Part shown: positions 50,314 through 59,859 of the stretch, piece by piece
Numbering within the stretch: position 1 is the stretch's first letter
Layout: every line of letters starts with the position of its first letter
Assembly (NCBI GenBank): GCA_963707955.1
Contig: OY970176.1
Location: forward strand, 928,001 to 992,000
Source: Candidatus Bathyarchaeota archaeon
GTDB taxonomy: Archaea > Thermoproteota > Bathyarchaeia > Bathyarchaeales > Bathycorpusculaceae
Length of the DNA stretch: 64,000 nucleotides
Direction: 5' to 3'
The notes under the pieces: model-generated
What the model was told of the DNA's origin: nothing
Seen by the model: only the letters and a program-made list of their open reading frames with translations
The model's database searches: none
Made by a program: the position numbers and the translations under genes

Positions 50314-51200
50314 GCAGATTCGCTCTTCAGGAGTTTGCACATGAAGAAACCCTGCGTTTGCCCCGGCCAAATCCTAATACAATTCCGCACTGAACCGTCC
50401 AAATGCTTTCCGAACACTTCTGTCAGCCCTTCCTGTCCGTAACAACTGATTTCTTCAACTTTCATGTCTAAGCTCCTGATTGCCCAGTCGATGTTCAGCT
50501 CATTTTCTTCAGGCTCCAAGGAGCATGTGGAATAGATGATTTCTCCATCGTCTTCTAGCATCTTGACGGTTTCTGTCAGTATCTCTCTTTGCAGCGCCGC
50601 GTTTCTTTCCACGTCTTTGATCGTTCTTCTTTTGAACCAGTTCCTGTCTGTTGCGAAGTTTCCTGAGCATGGCATGTCGAGAAGTATTCGGTCAAAGCTT
50701 GTTTCCAGCTGTGATACGCGTCTTGCATCTAGCTGGTAGACTATTGCGTTCTTGACTTGACATCTTTCCAGCTGGTTTGATAAGGCAGTGAGCCTCTGCC
50801 GGTTAATGTCGAGAGCTACTATTGCACCTGTGTTGCCCATGAGGTCTGCTAGCTGAGTGGTTTTGCCTCCGGGAGCCGCGCAGGCGTCGAGAACTGTCTT
50901 GTCCTTCAGTTCTGTGAATAGCGCGGCTGGGATCTGAGCCGCTGCTTCTTGGATTGAGTACAAGCCTGATAGATACCCCGTTGTTGCGCCAGCAGAGAAA
51001 CGTGACTCTTCAACCCAATAGCCATTTTTAAGAAAGGGAACCTTTGTGAGCACTAATCCCTGGTCTTGCAGTCTTGTTACGAGGTCCGGAGGTTTCTTGA
51101 CGTTGGCAGAGTTGATTCTGATCGTTTTCTTGAATTCAACGGTGTGGTATTTCCAGCCCAGTTTTCTGTATCGGTCTGTGAAGAACTCTTTACTAGACAT
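50310..51200 (-). CDS. RsmB/NOP2 family RNA m5C methyltransferase
   Basis: IQEAAA, LDACAAPGGKT, ILLDMPCSG, YSTCS..PEENE; the ORF-track N-terminal extension overlaps the ATPase and is probably spurious. Confidence 0.9.
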   Translation of the reverse strand: MSSKEFFTDRYRKLGWKYHTVEFKKTIRINSANVKKPPDLVTRLQDQGLVLTKVPFLKNGYWVEESRFSAGATTGYLSGLYSIQEAAAQIPAALFTELKDKTVLDACAAPGGKTTQLADLMGNTGAIVALDINRQRLTALSNQLERCQVKNAIVYQLDARRVSQLETSFDRILLDMPCSGNFATDRNWFKRRTIKDVERNAALQREILTETVKMLEDDGEIIYSTCSLEPEENELNIDWAIRSLDMKVEEISCYGQEGLTEVFGKHLDGSVRNCIRIWPGQTQGFFMCKLLKSESA

Positions 51201-51262
51201 CAACGATAGTTTGGAGAGTTGTTCATAAAAGCTTGATGTAGGTGAGATCAGATACAGAGGCT

Positions 51263-54019
51263 TCACTTTGCCAGTCTTCTGGCAACCCATTTCCTGATTT
51301 CTTCCGCGAGGATCACGATGCATGCGAGAAGCGCAAGAAACGCCCAGTCGAGTAGGCCTAGACCAGTGGTGCCGAAGAGACTCTGCAGCAGTGGGATGTA
51401 GACTATGGCGGATATTATGGTTATCTGAGAGGCTATGCCGAGCCAGATCCACTTGTTACTCTTGAGACTGGTTTTGAGAATTGACACTTTGCTCGTTCTG
51501 CACGCTAGAACGTTGCCCACTTGAGCGATGACGATGCCGGCAAACGTCATGGTCGTACCTTTAGCGTACGCGCCACTTGTATAGAACGAGCTGCTAGGAG
51601 ATAACTGCATTCCAAGGTGCCATCCGCCTGCTTGCCATGCCATGAAGCAGCCGATCATTGCTCCGGCGGAGATTATTACGCCGATGTACAGTGATCGGAG
51701 GAACACTTTTGTGTTGAACAGTCGTTCTTTGACGCCTCGAGGTTGCTCCTGCATTATTCCTATCTCCGGCGGCTCTCGGCTTAAAGCCAGTGAGGGGATT
51801 ACGTCTATGCCCAAATCTATGGCCAAGATTTGAACAACAAGAAGAGGCAGAGGTATGTTTAACAGTGCGTAAAGCACGTAGGGAATCAGTTCTGCCCAGT
51901 TGTGCGCGAAGACGTAGACTATGAATTTTCTTAGGTTTTCGTAGATCGTGCGGCCGGATTCTATTGCTTTTACTATCGAGGCGAAGCTGTCGTCAAGTAG
52001 CACCATGTCAGCCGCCTCTCTTGCCACGTCCGTCCCTGATAGACCCATCGCGACTCCTATGTCTGCCTCTTTCAGGGAAGGAGCATCGTTTGCTCCGTCT
52101 CCGGTGACGGCTACGATTTCGCCGTGCTGTTTGAGAGCTTTGACTATGCGAAGTTTCTGTTCTGGTGACACCCGGCTGAAGATAATGTTTGCCTTCTTGG
52201 CTTCATCGTAGATCTGCTGGTTGCTGAGGGCGTCCACGTCGACGCCTCGAATGATGTGGCTGTTCTCCGGTTCTACTATGCCTACTTCTTCGGCTATGGC
52301 TTGTGCTGTCGGACCATAGTCTCCTGTTATGATCGTGACCTTTATGCCTGCTTGCCTAGACAGTTTCACTGCTTCAGGAACTTCTGGGCGAGGTGGGTCT
52401 TTCATCGCTGCCAGTCCAACGAGGATCATGTCCCTCTCGACATCATCAACCTCAGAAAGCTGGTCTTTCGGCAGTTCCGAGTAGGCAGCGGCTAGGATGC
52501 GAAGGCCCTCGCTTGCGAATTCATGGATTTTTTCTTCAACGAATGACAAGTGTTCCTTGGTCAGTGTCTCTATTGTGTCGCCGACTAGTATTCTGTTGCA
52601 TATGGAGAGTATGCTTCGGGCGCCACCCTTCGTGTAGACTGAGACCTCGTGGTCATGGTTGTGGATCGTTGTCATCCTTTTGCGTTTGGAGTCAAAAGGG
52701 ATTACGCGGACAGTGGGTTTTTCAACGAGCATGCTCTTGACGCTCAGCCCATACTTTAGGGCAGTAACAAGCAAGGCGCCGTCCGTTGGATCCCCTACGA
52801 TACTCCATGACCTGTTCTTGTCCGACGGCGGTTCAACTTTAGCGCTGTTGCACAGCGCCGAGATCTCAAGAAGTTTCTCAATCCCGTAGGAGTCTTCCTT
52901 CGTTAATGGTGGGTTCTCAGAAGTGAAATCGCCCGTCGGGTCGTATCCGACGCCTGAAACTTCGATTACCTTGCCGTTAACCCAGATCTTCGTGACGGTC
53001 ATCTCGCCTCTTGTGATTGTCCCTGTTTTGTCTGTGCATATCATCGTCACGCTGCCTAGGGTCTGGACGGCAGAGAGCCGTTTGACCAGCACGTTCTCCT
53101 TCACCATTTTCAGCACGTTTATGGCTAGGGCACTTGATACTGTTACCTGCAAGCCTTCGGGGACCAGTGCCACCATTACGCCTATCATGAACAGTATGCT
53201 GGCGAGCCAGCCTGTGTGAAGTAAGATTTTGCTGACTAGGAAGAAGATGGCCCCTACTGTTATAGCTGAGATGAAGTCGTACTTGGCCGTGTAGGCTATT
53301 TCTTTCTGCAGAGGACTCTGCTCTTCGCTTATTTCCTGAGTTAAGCCTGCGATCTGTCCGAACTTTGTGCTCATGCCCGTCTTGACGACGACAGCTTTTG
53401 CGCGGCCCGTGGCGACGCTCGTGCTCATGAAGACAAAGTTTGGCACGTCCAAGTACGTGGCGTCAACAGTCTCCACTGGTTTGTCTGTTCTTGGCTGAGG
53501 CTCAGACTCGCCGGTCAAAGGGACGTTGTTTGTCCACAGCTCGTAGGCCTCGATCAGCCTAGCATCCGCCGGTACACGGTCGCCTTCTTCTAGGATTATG
53601 AGGTCTCCTGGAACAAGGTCCCTTACCACTATTTTCTTGAGCTCTCCGTCGCGGACGACCTTGGCGTACTCGGGCATCCACCTCTTCAGCGCTTCCATGG
53701 CCTTTTCTGCTCGCCACTCTTGGAAGAGACTGAAGACCATGTTGACAAGAACGACTGCCAGTATGATGATGCTCAGTTGCCACAAGCCTCCGAAGGTTGC
53801 CAGCAAGCTTGCGAAGAGCAGCAGCACGGAGAACAGGTCTTTGAGGAGCGTGAGAAACTTGTAAGCCATGGACACGTGTTTTTTCTCGATAAGCGTGTTG
53901 GTTCCATACTTGGCGAGGCGTTTGTCGGCCTCGTCAGTGGTTAACCCCGTGGGTGAGGTTTCCATCAAATCGAAAACTTCTTTGACCGGCAGAGCCGCAG
54001 CGTCCTCCAACAAAAACAC
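51263..54019 (-). CDS. P2-type cation-transporting ATPase
   Basis: TGES, VPEGL, DKTGT, GDPTD, FDSKRK, TGDGAND. Confidence 0.94.
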   Translation of the reverse strand: MFLLEDAAALPVKEVFDLMETSPTGLTTDEADKRLAKYGTNTLIEKKHVSMAYKFLTLLKDLFSVLLLFASLLATFGGLWQLSIIILAVVLVNMVFSLFQEWRAEKAMEALKRWMPEYAKVVRDGELKKIVVRDLVPGDLIILEEGDRVPADARLIEAYELWTNNVPLTGESEPQPRTDKPVETVDATYLDVPNFVFMSTSVATGRAKAVVVKTGMSTKFGQIAGLTQEISEEQSPLQKEIAYTAKYDFISAITVGAIFFLVSKILLHTGWLASILFMIGVMVALVPEGLQVTVSSALAINVLKMVKENVLVKRLSAVQTLGSVTMICTDKTGTITRGEMTVTKIWVNGKVIEVSGVGYDPTGDFTSENPPLTKEDSYGIEKLLEISALCNSAKVEPPSDKNRSWSIVGDPTDGALLVTALKYGLSVKSMLVEKPTVRVIPFDSKRKRMTTIHNHDHEVSVYTKGGARSILSICNRILVGDTIETLTKEHLSFVEEKIHEFASEGLRILAAAYSELPKDQLSEVDDVERDMILVGLAAMKDPPRPEVPEAVKLSRQAGIKVTIITGDYGPTAQAIAEEVGIVEPENSHIIRGVDVDALSNQQIYDEAKKANIIFSRVSPEQKLRIVKALKQHGEIVAVTGDGANDAPSLKEADIGVAMGLSGTDVAREAADMVLLDDSFASIVKAIESGRTIYENLRKFIVYVFAHNWAELIPYVLYALLNIPLPLLVVQILAIDLGIDVIPSLALSREPPEIGIMQEQPRGVKERLFNTKVFLRSLYIGVIISAGAMIGCFMAWQAGGWHLGMQLSPSSSFYTSGAYAKGTTMTFAGIVIAQVGNVLACRTSKVSILKTSLKSNKWIWLGIASQITIISAIVYIPLLQSLFGTTGLGLLDWAFLALLACIVILAEEIRKWVARRLAK

Positions 54020-54329
54020 ACCTGCCCAAAATTCTCAGAACAACAGGGAAACTAGAATCCCTTTAAGGAACTCTTCTCATTCGTGCTGTCTGCTGGGAAA
54101 ATGCCAGTGCTGGAAGCATTTGTCGGTCTCACCGTTTTCTTTGACATAAGCAACTTTGACCGTCCGTTTAAAACATGAGGTTTCCATAACCGTTAGATTT
54201 CTGGCTGGTCCTCATTGTTTTGCTGTTCACATTGACAAAAGGGTCGAATTTAAGCTGATCGGAATGGTTTGCGCGCTTTTCGGCTAATCAGGTCCGTTCT
54301 ACGGTTTCTGTTTCCTATTTTGCCCGGCT

Positions 54330-54513
54330 ATACGCTACATCCCTGTATTCGCGTTTTGACCCCGTCTATTCCACCCTTCCCCTCCCCCCTAGGGTACTAG
54401 TACTGCGCGTAGGCGTTGGACAAGGCCCTCGTGGCTAAGCGCGGGCTCGAGGCCGAGCGCGTGTCGAGCCCTCGGCAGAGGTCTGGGCAAGGGTGGTGAC
54501 TTTTCAATGCGCT
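54330..54513 (-). repeat. 184-bp dispersed element, copy 2 (inverted)
   Basis: Reverse complement matches 41788-41971. Confidence 0.92.
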
Positions 54514-54744
54514 TCGCGGTCAGCTCGTCTTCTGATTTCATTTGCTTTGACCGTCAACTTTCTAGGCGTGCCGTGAACCTTGCGTCCGTCTCTTTCCTAT
54601 ATTGTTTAAGCGAGATCTGTGATCTCTTTGGTTCTTGGCGGTTTGGTTTTCGTGTTGCGGAGTTTTTTTTCTGAGCGAGTTGGCGTCTATTAAGACTGCT
54701 GTGCAAGTCTTAAATCGTTAGGCAAGGAATAAATTCCTAGGGGT

Positions 54745-55197
54745 TTGATGAGCGAGAGATATGCTTTCGTCATGATGGTCAGGGAGAGATGGTGGGTTGA
54801 GTTTCGCAGGTGTAGCCAAGAAGGAAAGAAGGTTCATTCCTTTGTCATCAGGGGCGCGGCACCGCCTAAGAGCACCTTGCTTATTCTTTTTTACGTGACC
54901 AAGCCTGTTAGGGCGATCGCTGGCTACGCTCACTTCATCGAGCGCATGGTGGGAAACCCGCAAGAGTTATGGAGCAGGTTCAGCGGTGAATCGGTTCTCG
55001 GTTCCAAGGCTCGATATGAGGAATTCGTTGGCAACGCGTCAGAAGTGTCTTTTGTCAGGTTCAAGGATTTGAATGCGGCCGTGAACCCGATATCTCTCAG
55101 CCGCCTTCTCATGCTCTTAGGTGTCAAGAGGCTTTCAAGAAAAGGTTTCTACGTGAACAATGAATTGTCTGATACGCTGATCTCAATGATGAAATAG
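54745..55197 (+). CDS. PUA-like (EVE/ASCH/DUF365-like) protein
   Basis: ILFYVTKPVRAIAGYA...GNPQELW..F...PISL pattern. Confidence 0.7.
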   Translation: MMSERYAFVMMVRERWWVEFRRCSQEGKKVHSFVIRGAAPPKSTLLILFYVTKPVRAIAGYAHFIERMVGNPQELWSRFSGESVLGSKARYEEFVGNASEVSFVRFKDLNAAVNPISLSRLLMLLGVKRLSRKGFYVNNELSDTLISMMK

Positions 55198-55270
55198 ACA
55201 GAAAGGATTCCCTGTCCGTTCACTGATGTTCCAGTAATCATCGGCAAAAAGTTAATAGGTCGCCGTTTTT

Positions 55271-55372
55271 ACATGCATGTAGCTCATCTTTAGGCGTGAA
55301 AACCTGGTATGTTTGTTGAACTCCTTAGGAGCTGCATGTGCGTTAGGCATTCTTCTTTTAGGGTAAAGAGGG
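55271..55372 (+). promoter_or_regulatory. structured 5' leader of EF-2
   Basis: CATGTAGCTC (55276-85) pairs with GAGCTGCATG (55329-38); downstream hairpin TTCTTT/AAAGAG covers the purine-rich RBS. Confidence 0.45.
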
Positions 55373-55378
55373 TTTACG

Positions 55379-57595
55379 ATGGTAAAGTATAGGCAGGTTG
55401 AAGAGATTCAGAAGTTGATGAATTATCCAGACATGATCAGGAACACAAGCATCATCGCCCACGTGGATCATGGCAAAACCACCCTTTCAGACAGTCTTCT
55501 GGCCGAGGCAGGCATAATAAGCGAGCAGAGGGCAGGTCAACAGCTTGCCCTCGACTCGTGGGAGCTTGAGCAGAAGAGACAGATGACCGTGTTTGCTTCC
55601 AACATCAGCCTAGCTCACACGTTCGAGGGAAAAGAGTACCTGATCAACCTGATCGACACGCCTGGACACATCGACTTCAGCGGTGCGGTGACGAGAAGTC
55701 TGCGAGCCGTTGACGGAGCGCTGGTCGTCGTGGACGCTGTTGAAGGGCCAATGACCCAGACCGAAACGGTTCTGATGCAAGCCCTGCGTGAAAGGGTCAA
55801 GCCGATTCTCTTCATAAACAAGGTCGACAGGCTCATTAAGGAGATAAAGCTGACGCCGGAAGAGATACAGCGGAAGTTCGCCAAGATAATTACCAGAGTG
55901 AATACTCTTATCGAAAAGTACGCGCCGGTCGAACACAAAAAGGACTGGCAAGTCAAGGCTGAGAACGGGTCAGTAGCCTTCGGCTCAGCCCTTCACAAGT
56001 GGGGATTAAACCTGCCCCACATGAAGGCGAAAGGCGTAACCTTCAAGGACATCGTTGACGCTTACCTCGGAGAAAAGGATGAGATTGACAGGAAAGTCGA
56101 CGCGTTAAGCAAGAGGGCGGCGCTTGCCGAGCCTATACTGGACATGTTCATCGAACACCTGCCCAATCCATTAGAGGCACAACCGTACAGACAGGGCCAA
56201 ATCTGGCCAGGAGACCCGAACAGCCCAGTGGGCAAGGGCATGGCCAAGGTGGACCCAAACGGGCCCCTCTTGATGTGCATCTCAACGATTGAAGTTGACC
56301 CCAACCGCGGAGTCGTTGCCATCGGACGCGTTTTCAGCGGCACGGTTGAGAAGGGCAAAGTCGTTCAACTCATCACGGCCAGGGCGAAAGGCCCGATTCA
56401 ACAGGTCTTCATGAGCATGGCCGCCGACAGGGTGATAATAGACAGGGTTCCAGCCGGAAACATAGCGGCGCTTTCCGGGCTACCGTCCATGCACGTCGGC
56501 GAAACCGTTGCCGAAGACGGTGTGGAAACACAGGCGTTCGAAGGGTTGAAGTACGTTTCAGACCCAGTGGTCACCGTCGCCGTGGAGCCTGTCGACGTCA
56601 CGGAACTACCGCTCTTCGACAAGGTTATGCGCAAGCTGACAACCGAGGACCCGAACTTGCACTTCCTCATAAACAAGGAGAGCGGAGAGTACCTCCTCAG
56701 CGGCATGGGCGAACTGCACTTGGAAATCACGGCTTATCGAATGCAGGAAGCAAACCTCAAGGTGAAAACCAGCAAACCAATAGTGATTTACCGCGAAACG
56801 ATCAGCCACGACTACAAAGGACCGGCAGTGATGGGAAAAAGTCCCAACAAACACAACAAACTGTGGGTCACACTGCAAAAGCTGCCGGAAGACGTGATCG
56901 AAGCGATAAAGGCTGGAAAGATATCCGAGATGCAGACCAAAGACGAAAGAGTAAAAATCCTTAAGGGGTTCGGCTGGGAAACAGACGACGCCAAGGGCGT
57001 CGTGGCAATCGAGGGCAACAACATTCTCGTCAACAGGATAAGGGGAAGACAATACGTAGAAGAAGTGATGGACCACATCAAATCAGGCTTCCGCGAGGCA
57101 ACGTTCACCTCCGTGCTAGCAAAAGAACCCGCGTATGGGCTGAAGGTCAACCTGGAAGACATCACGGTTCACGAGGACCCCGTTCACAGAGGACCAGCAC
57201 AGATACTGCCCATGACTTGGCGGCCAATCTGGTGCTCCTTCCTGCTGAGCGACCCGAAGCTACTCGAACCGCTCATAAGTTTCGAATGCAAGGTTCCAAA
57301 CCAGTTCGTGAGCAGCATCATCGCAACGGTTCAGAAACGCCGAGGCAAAATCCTGGACATGACAAACGAGGAAGACATGATCATCGTCAAAGCAGAGATG
57401 CCCGTGTCCGAATCCTTCGGTTTGGCCGAAGAGCTACGTTCATCAACGGAGGGCAGAGCCTTCTGGGCCACACAGTTCAGCCGATGGGCCCAAGTTCCAG
57501 AGCAGATGCAGCCTGAAATAGTAAAGCAGATCCGCGAGCGCAGAGGTTTATCACCGACTCCGCCGAGAGCAGAAGAGTTCTTCGAGGAAGCATAA
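55379..57595 (+). CDS. fusA: translation elongation factor aEF-2 (possibly the paralogous copy)
   Basis: AHVDHGKTT, DTPGH, NKVD, GMGELHLE, SPNKHN, HEDPVHRGPAQ. Confidence 0.93.
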   Translation: MVKYRQVEEIQKLMNYPDMIRNTSIIAHVDHGKTTLSDSLLAEAGIISEQRAGQQLALDSWELEQKRQMTVFASNISLAHTFEGKEYLINLIDTPGHIDFSGAVTRSLRAVDGALVVVDAVEGPMTQTETVLMQALRERVKPILFINKVDRLIKEIKLTPEEIQRKFAKIITRVNTLIEKYAPVEHKKDWQVKAENGSVAFGSALHKWGLNLPHMKAKGVTFKDIVDAYLGEKDEIDRKVDALSKRAALAEPILDMFIEHLPNPLEAQPYRQGQIWPGDPNSPVGKGMAKVDPNGPLLMCISTIEVDPNRGVVAIGRVFSGTVEKGKVVQLITARAKGPIQQVFMSMAADRVIIDRVPAGNIAALSGLPSMHVGETVAEDGVETQAFEGLKYVSDPVVTVAVEPVDVTELPLFDKVMRKLTTEDPNLHFLINKESGEYLLSGMGELHLEITAYRMQEANLKVKTSKPIVIYRETISHDYKGPAVMGKSPNKHNKLWVTLQKLPEDVIEAIKAGKISEMQTKDERVKILKGFGWETDDAKGVVAIEGNNILVNRIRGRQYVEEVMDHIKSGFREATFTSVLAKEPAYGLKVNLEDITVHEDPVHRGPAQILPMTWRPIWCSFLLSDPKLLEPLISFECKVPNQFVSSIIATVQKRRGKILDMTNEEDMIIVKAEMPVSESFGLAEELRSSTEGRAFWATQFSRWAQVPEQMQPEIVKQIRERRGLSPTPPRAEEFFEEA

Positions 57596-57698
57596 AAAAA
57601 GACAAACAGTCTTTCTCCACTTTAAATTTGTATCCCTGTCCCCACTCGCTTCAGCAAACTTTATTGATTTTAACGAGCATAGTTCCTGACGAATTACT

Positions 57699-58295
57699 AT
57701 GATAGTTGGCATCTGTGGCAGTCCGAGACGACAGGCAACGGAGCACGTGTTAAGAGAAGCCTTGAACATACTTGAAAAGAAGGGTTTCCAGACAGAATTC
57801 TTCACGGTCAGAGGCAAGAACATCGGGTTTTGTCAGCACTGCGACTATTGCATGAGAAGCAAAGAGTGCAAGCTGAAGGATGACATGTACACGCTTTATC
57901 CCTCACTCAGAAATGCTGAGGGACTGGTGATTGCGACGCCCGTTTACAACGGCGGAATAAGCGCACAGACAAAGGCGGTCATGGACAGATGCAGAGCTCT
58001 GTTTGCAGCTGACAAGAACGCTTTCAGGCGCAAAATCGGGATGGCCATCGCCGTCGGAGGAGACAGGGCTGGAGGGCAGGAGCTGGCGATCCAGCAGATC
58101 ATAACGTTCTACGTTTTGAACGGGGTCATTCCCGTCAGCGGAGGCGCCTTCGGAGCGAACCTCGGTGCGACTTTCTGGTCAAAGGACACGTTGAGAGACG
58201 TAAAACAGGATGAGGAAGGCTTCAGAAGCCTGAGAAAGACGGTGACAAAGTTCGCGGAGTTTCTGAGAGAATCTGAGGAGAGAAAACGAGCTTAG
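57699..58295 (+). CDS. iron-sulfur flavoprotein (flavodoxin-like)
   Basis: GSPR, CQHCDYC....C..KDD, TPVY, GGQE. Confidence 0.9.
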   Translation: MIVGICGSPRRQATEHVLREALNILEKKGFQTEFFTVRGKNIGFCQHCDYCMRSKECKLKDDMYTLYPSLRNAEGLVIATPVYNGGISAQTKAVMDRCRALFAADKNAFRRKIGMAIAVGGDRAGGQELAIQQIITFYVLNGVIPVSGGAFGANLGATFWSKDTLRDVKQDEEGFRSLRKTVTKFAEFLRESEERKRA

Positions 58296-58318
58296 AGCGT
58301 GGAACCACGAGCGGAGAT

Positions 58319-58897
58319 CTGGCTAAAGCAGAAAAGAAGAGGAAAGTAGCTTGGGGGATTACAGGCAGTGGGGACAGACTGGGAGAAACACTCAACGTCA
58401 TGAAAGAGATAAAAGAGCATTACAAAAACGAGGTTGAAATAAGAGTTTATCTTTCAAAGGCCGGGGAACAAGTCGTTAGATGGTACAAACTGTACGATCA
58501 GCTGAAACAGAACTTTGAAAAGGTTTGGGTTGAGTTCAATTCTAACTCGCCCTTTCTTGCCGGCGACTTGGAACTGAGGAAGTACGAGTTCTTGTTGATT
58601 GCGCCTTCAACATCTAACACTGTGGCGAAAATTGCAGCCGGAATATCTGACACGATGCTTTGCAACTCGGCAATCATGGCCTTGAAAGCCTCCGTTTCCG
58701 TGTACATTATGCCAAGCGATTACAAGGAAGGGACAGTGGTCACGAGGCTTCCGAATGGAAAAGATTTCACGTTAAGGGTGAGAAGGGAAGACGCAGAAAA
58801 CACAAGAAAGTTGGCCAGTATGGACTGCGTGTTCGTGCTTGAAAAGCCTGAGGATGTTAATCAGGTTTTCATGAAGCACTTCGGTCCAAGAGAGTAA
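58319..58897 (+). CDS. archaeoflavoprotein AfpA-like; probable CTG start
   Basis: In-frame extension KVAWGITGSGD upstream of the 58400 ATG; PSTSNTVAKIA.GISDT, MPSD. Confidence 0.8.
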   Translation: MAKAEKKRKVAWGITGSGDRLGETLNVMKEIKEHYKNEVEIRVYLSKAGEQVVRWYKLYDQLKQNFEKVWVEFNSNSPFLAGDLELRKYEFLLIAPSTSNTVAKIAAGISDTMLCNSAIMALKASVSVYIMPSDYKEGTVVTRLPNGKDFTLRVRREDAENTRKLASMDCVFVLEKPEDVNQVFMKHFGPRE

Positions 58898-58921
58898 CTG
58901 AGAAGTCTTGGTGTATGAACA

Positions 58922-59191
58922 ATGGTCAACTTTGCAGTGCTCGTGCTCCCATTGATTGCCGGATTATTCTTCGGTTACCTGCTTCGCGAAAGAAAGAAAG
59001 TTAATCTTGCCAAAGTCACGCTGGGCACGATTTTGATCTTGATCTTCTCACTTGGGTTCACCATAGGATCAAACAACGAACTGCTGGGTTCAATGTCCAG
59101 CGTCGGGCTCAGCGCACTTCTAATGGCGTTGCTTGCCATTGGGTTCAGCGTGCTTTTTGTAGCCTTGATAAGGAGACGGGTGAGAATATGA
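58922..59191 (+). CDS. LysO family exporter, small N-terminal part
   Basis: Three TM helices; LIFSLG..IGSN; translationally coupled to the next gene. Confidence 0.72.
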   Translation: MVNFAVLVLPLIAGLFFGYLLRERKKVNLAKVTLGTILILIFSLGFTIGSNNELLGSMSSVGLSALLMALLAIGFSVLFVALIRRRVRI

Positions 59192-59796
59192 TTAAATTCA
59201 TTCTAGGGGCCCTTACTATCGGAGTGGTTGCGGGCTACGTAAACAACAATTTAAAGACCTTCGTTGCGAGCAACTGGGTTACCGATTACTTGTTCTACGC
59301 TTCTCTTTTTGTGTTGCTGTTCGTGATGGGACTGTCGTTTGGAATTGATAGGGAGGCTGTTGCAAACCTGAGGAGCAAGGGCCTCAGGATCCTTGTTGTT
59401 CCCGTTGTTGTTGCTTTGGGAAGCATCTTGGGTGGGTTAATCGGCGGATTGATTCTCAGACTAGACATATATGCATCTATGGCTGTAACTGCCGGCTACG
59501 GTTGGTACACGTTAACGGGCCCTTTAATGAAATCGATTCTGGGAACCCAATGGGCCGCTATGGGGTTTGCAGTCAACTTCCTAAGAGAACTGCTGACGAT
59601 AATCACGGTCTCATTGATGGTAAAGGTTGACAAGTATGCGCCGATCGCCTCTGGCGGAGCAACAACGATGGACACAACATTACCTGTGATCATGCGCTAC
59701 TGCGGGTCTGACGTGTTGGTAACGGCCTTTTCAAGCGGTTTCGCACTAAGCATGATTGCACCGTTCACAGTTGTGGCAATGGCCTCGTTGAAGTAG
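59188..59796 (+). CDS. LysO family lysine exporter
   Basis: GYGWYTL.G, NFLRE, GGATTMDTTLP. Confidence 0.88.
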   Translation: MIKFILGALTIGVVAGYVNNNLKTFVASNWVTDYLFYASLFVLLFVMGLSFGIDREAVANLRSKGLRILVVPVVVALGSILGGLIGGLILRLDIYASMAVTAGYGWYTLTGPLMKSILGTQWAAMGFAVNFLRELLTIITVSLMVKVDKYAPIASGGATTMDTTLPVIMRYCGSDVLVTAFSSGFALSMIAPFTVVAMASLK

Positions 59797-59859
59797 CAGA
59801 GCACCAAACAGTTTTAAGTACACGTTATCATTTTCGGAATATCCAAGGCGCGTGGCAGT

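Noticed and set aside
41788-54513. Composite transposon bounded by the inverted 184-bp repeats
   Set aside because: The interior is housekeeping (leuS, tRNA, hisS, endA); no transposase or target-site duplication was found.
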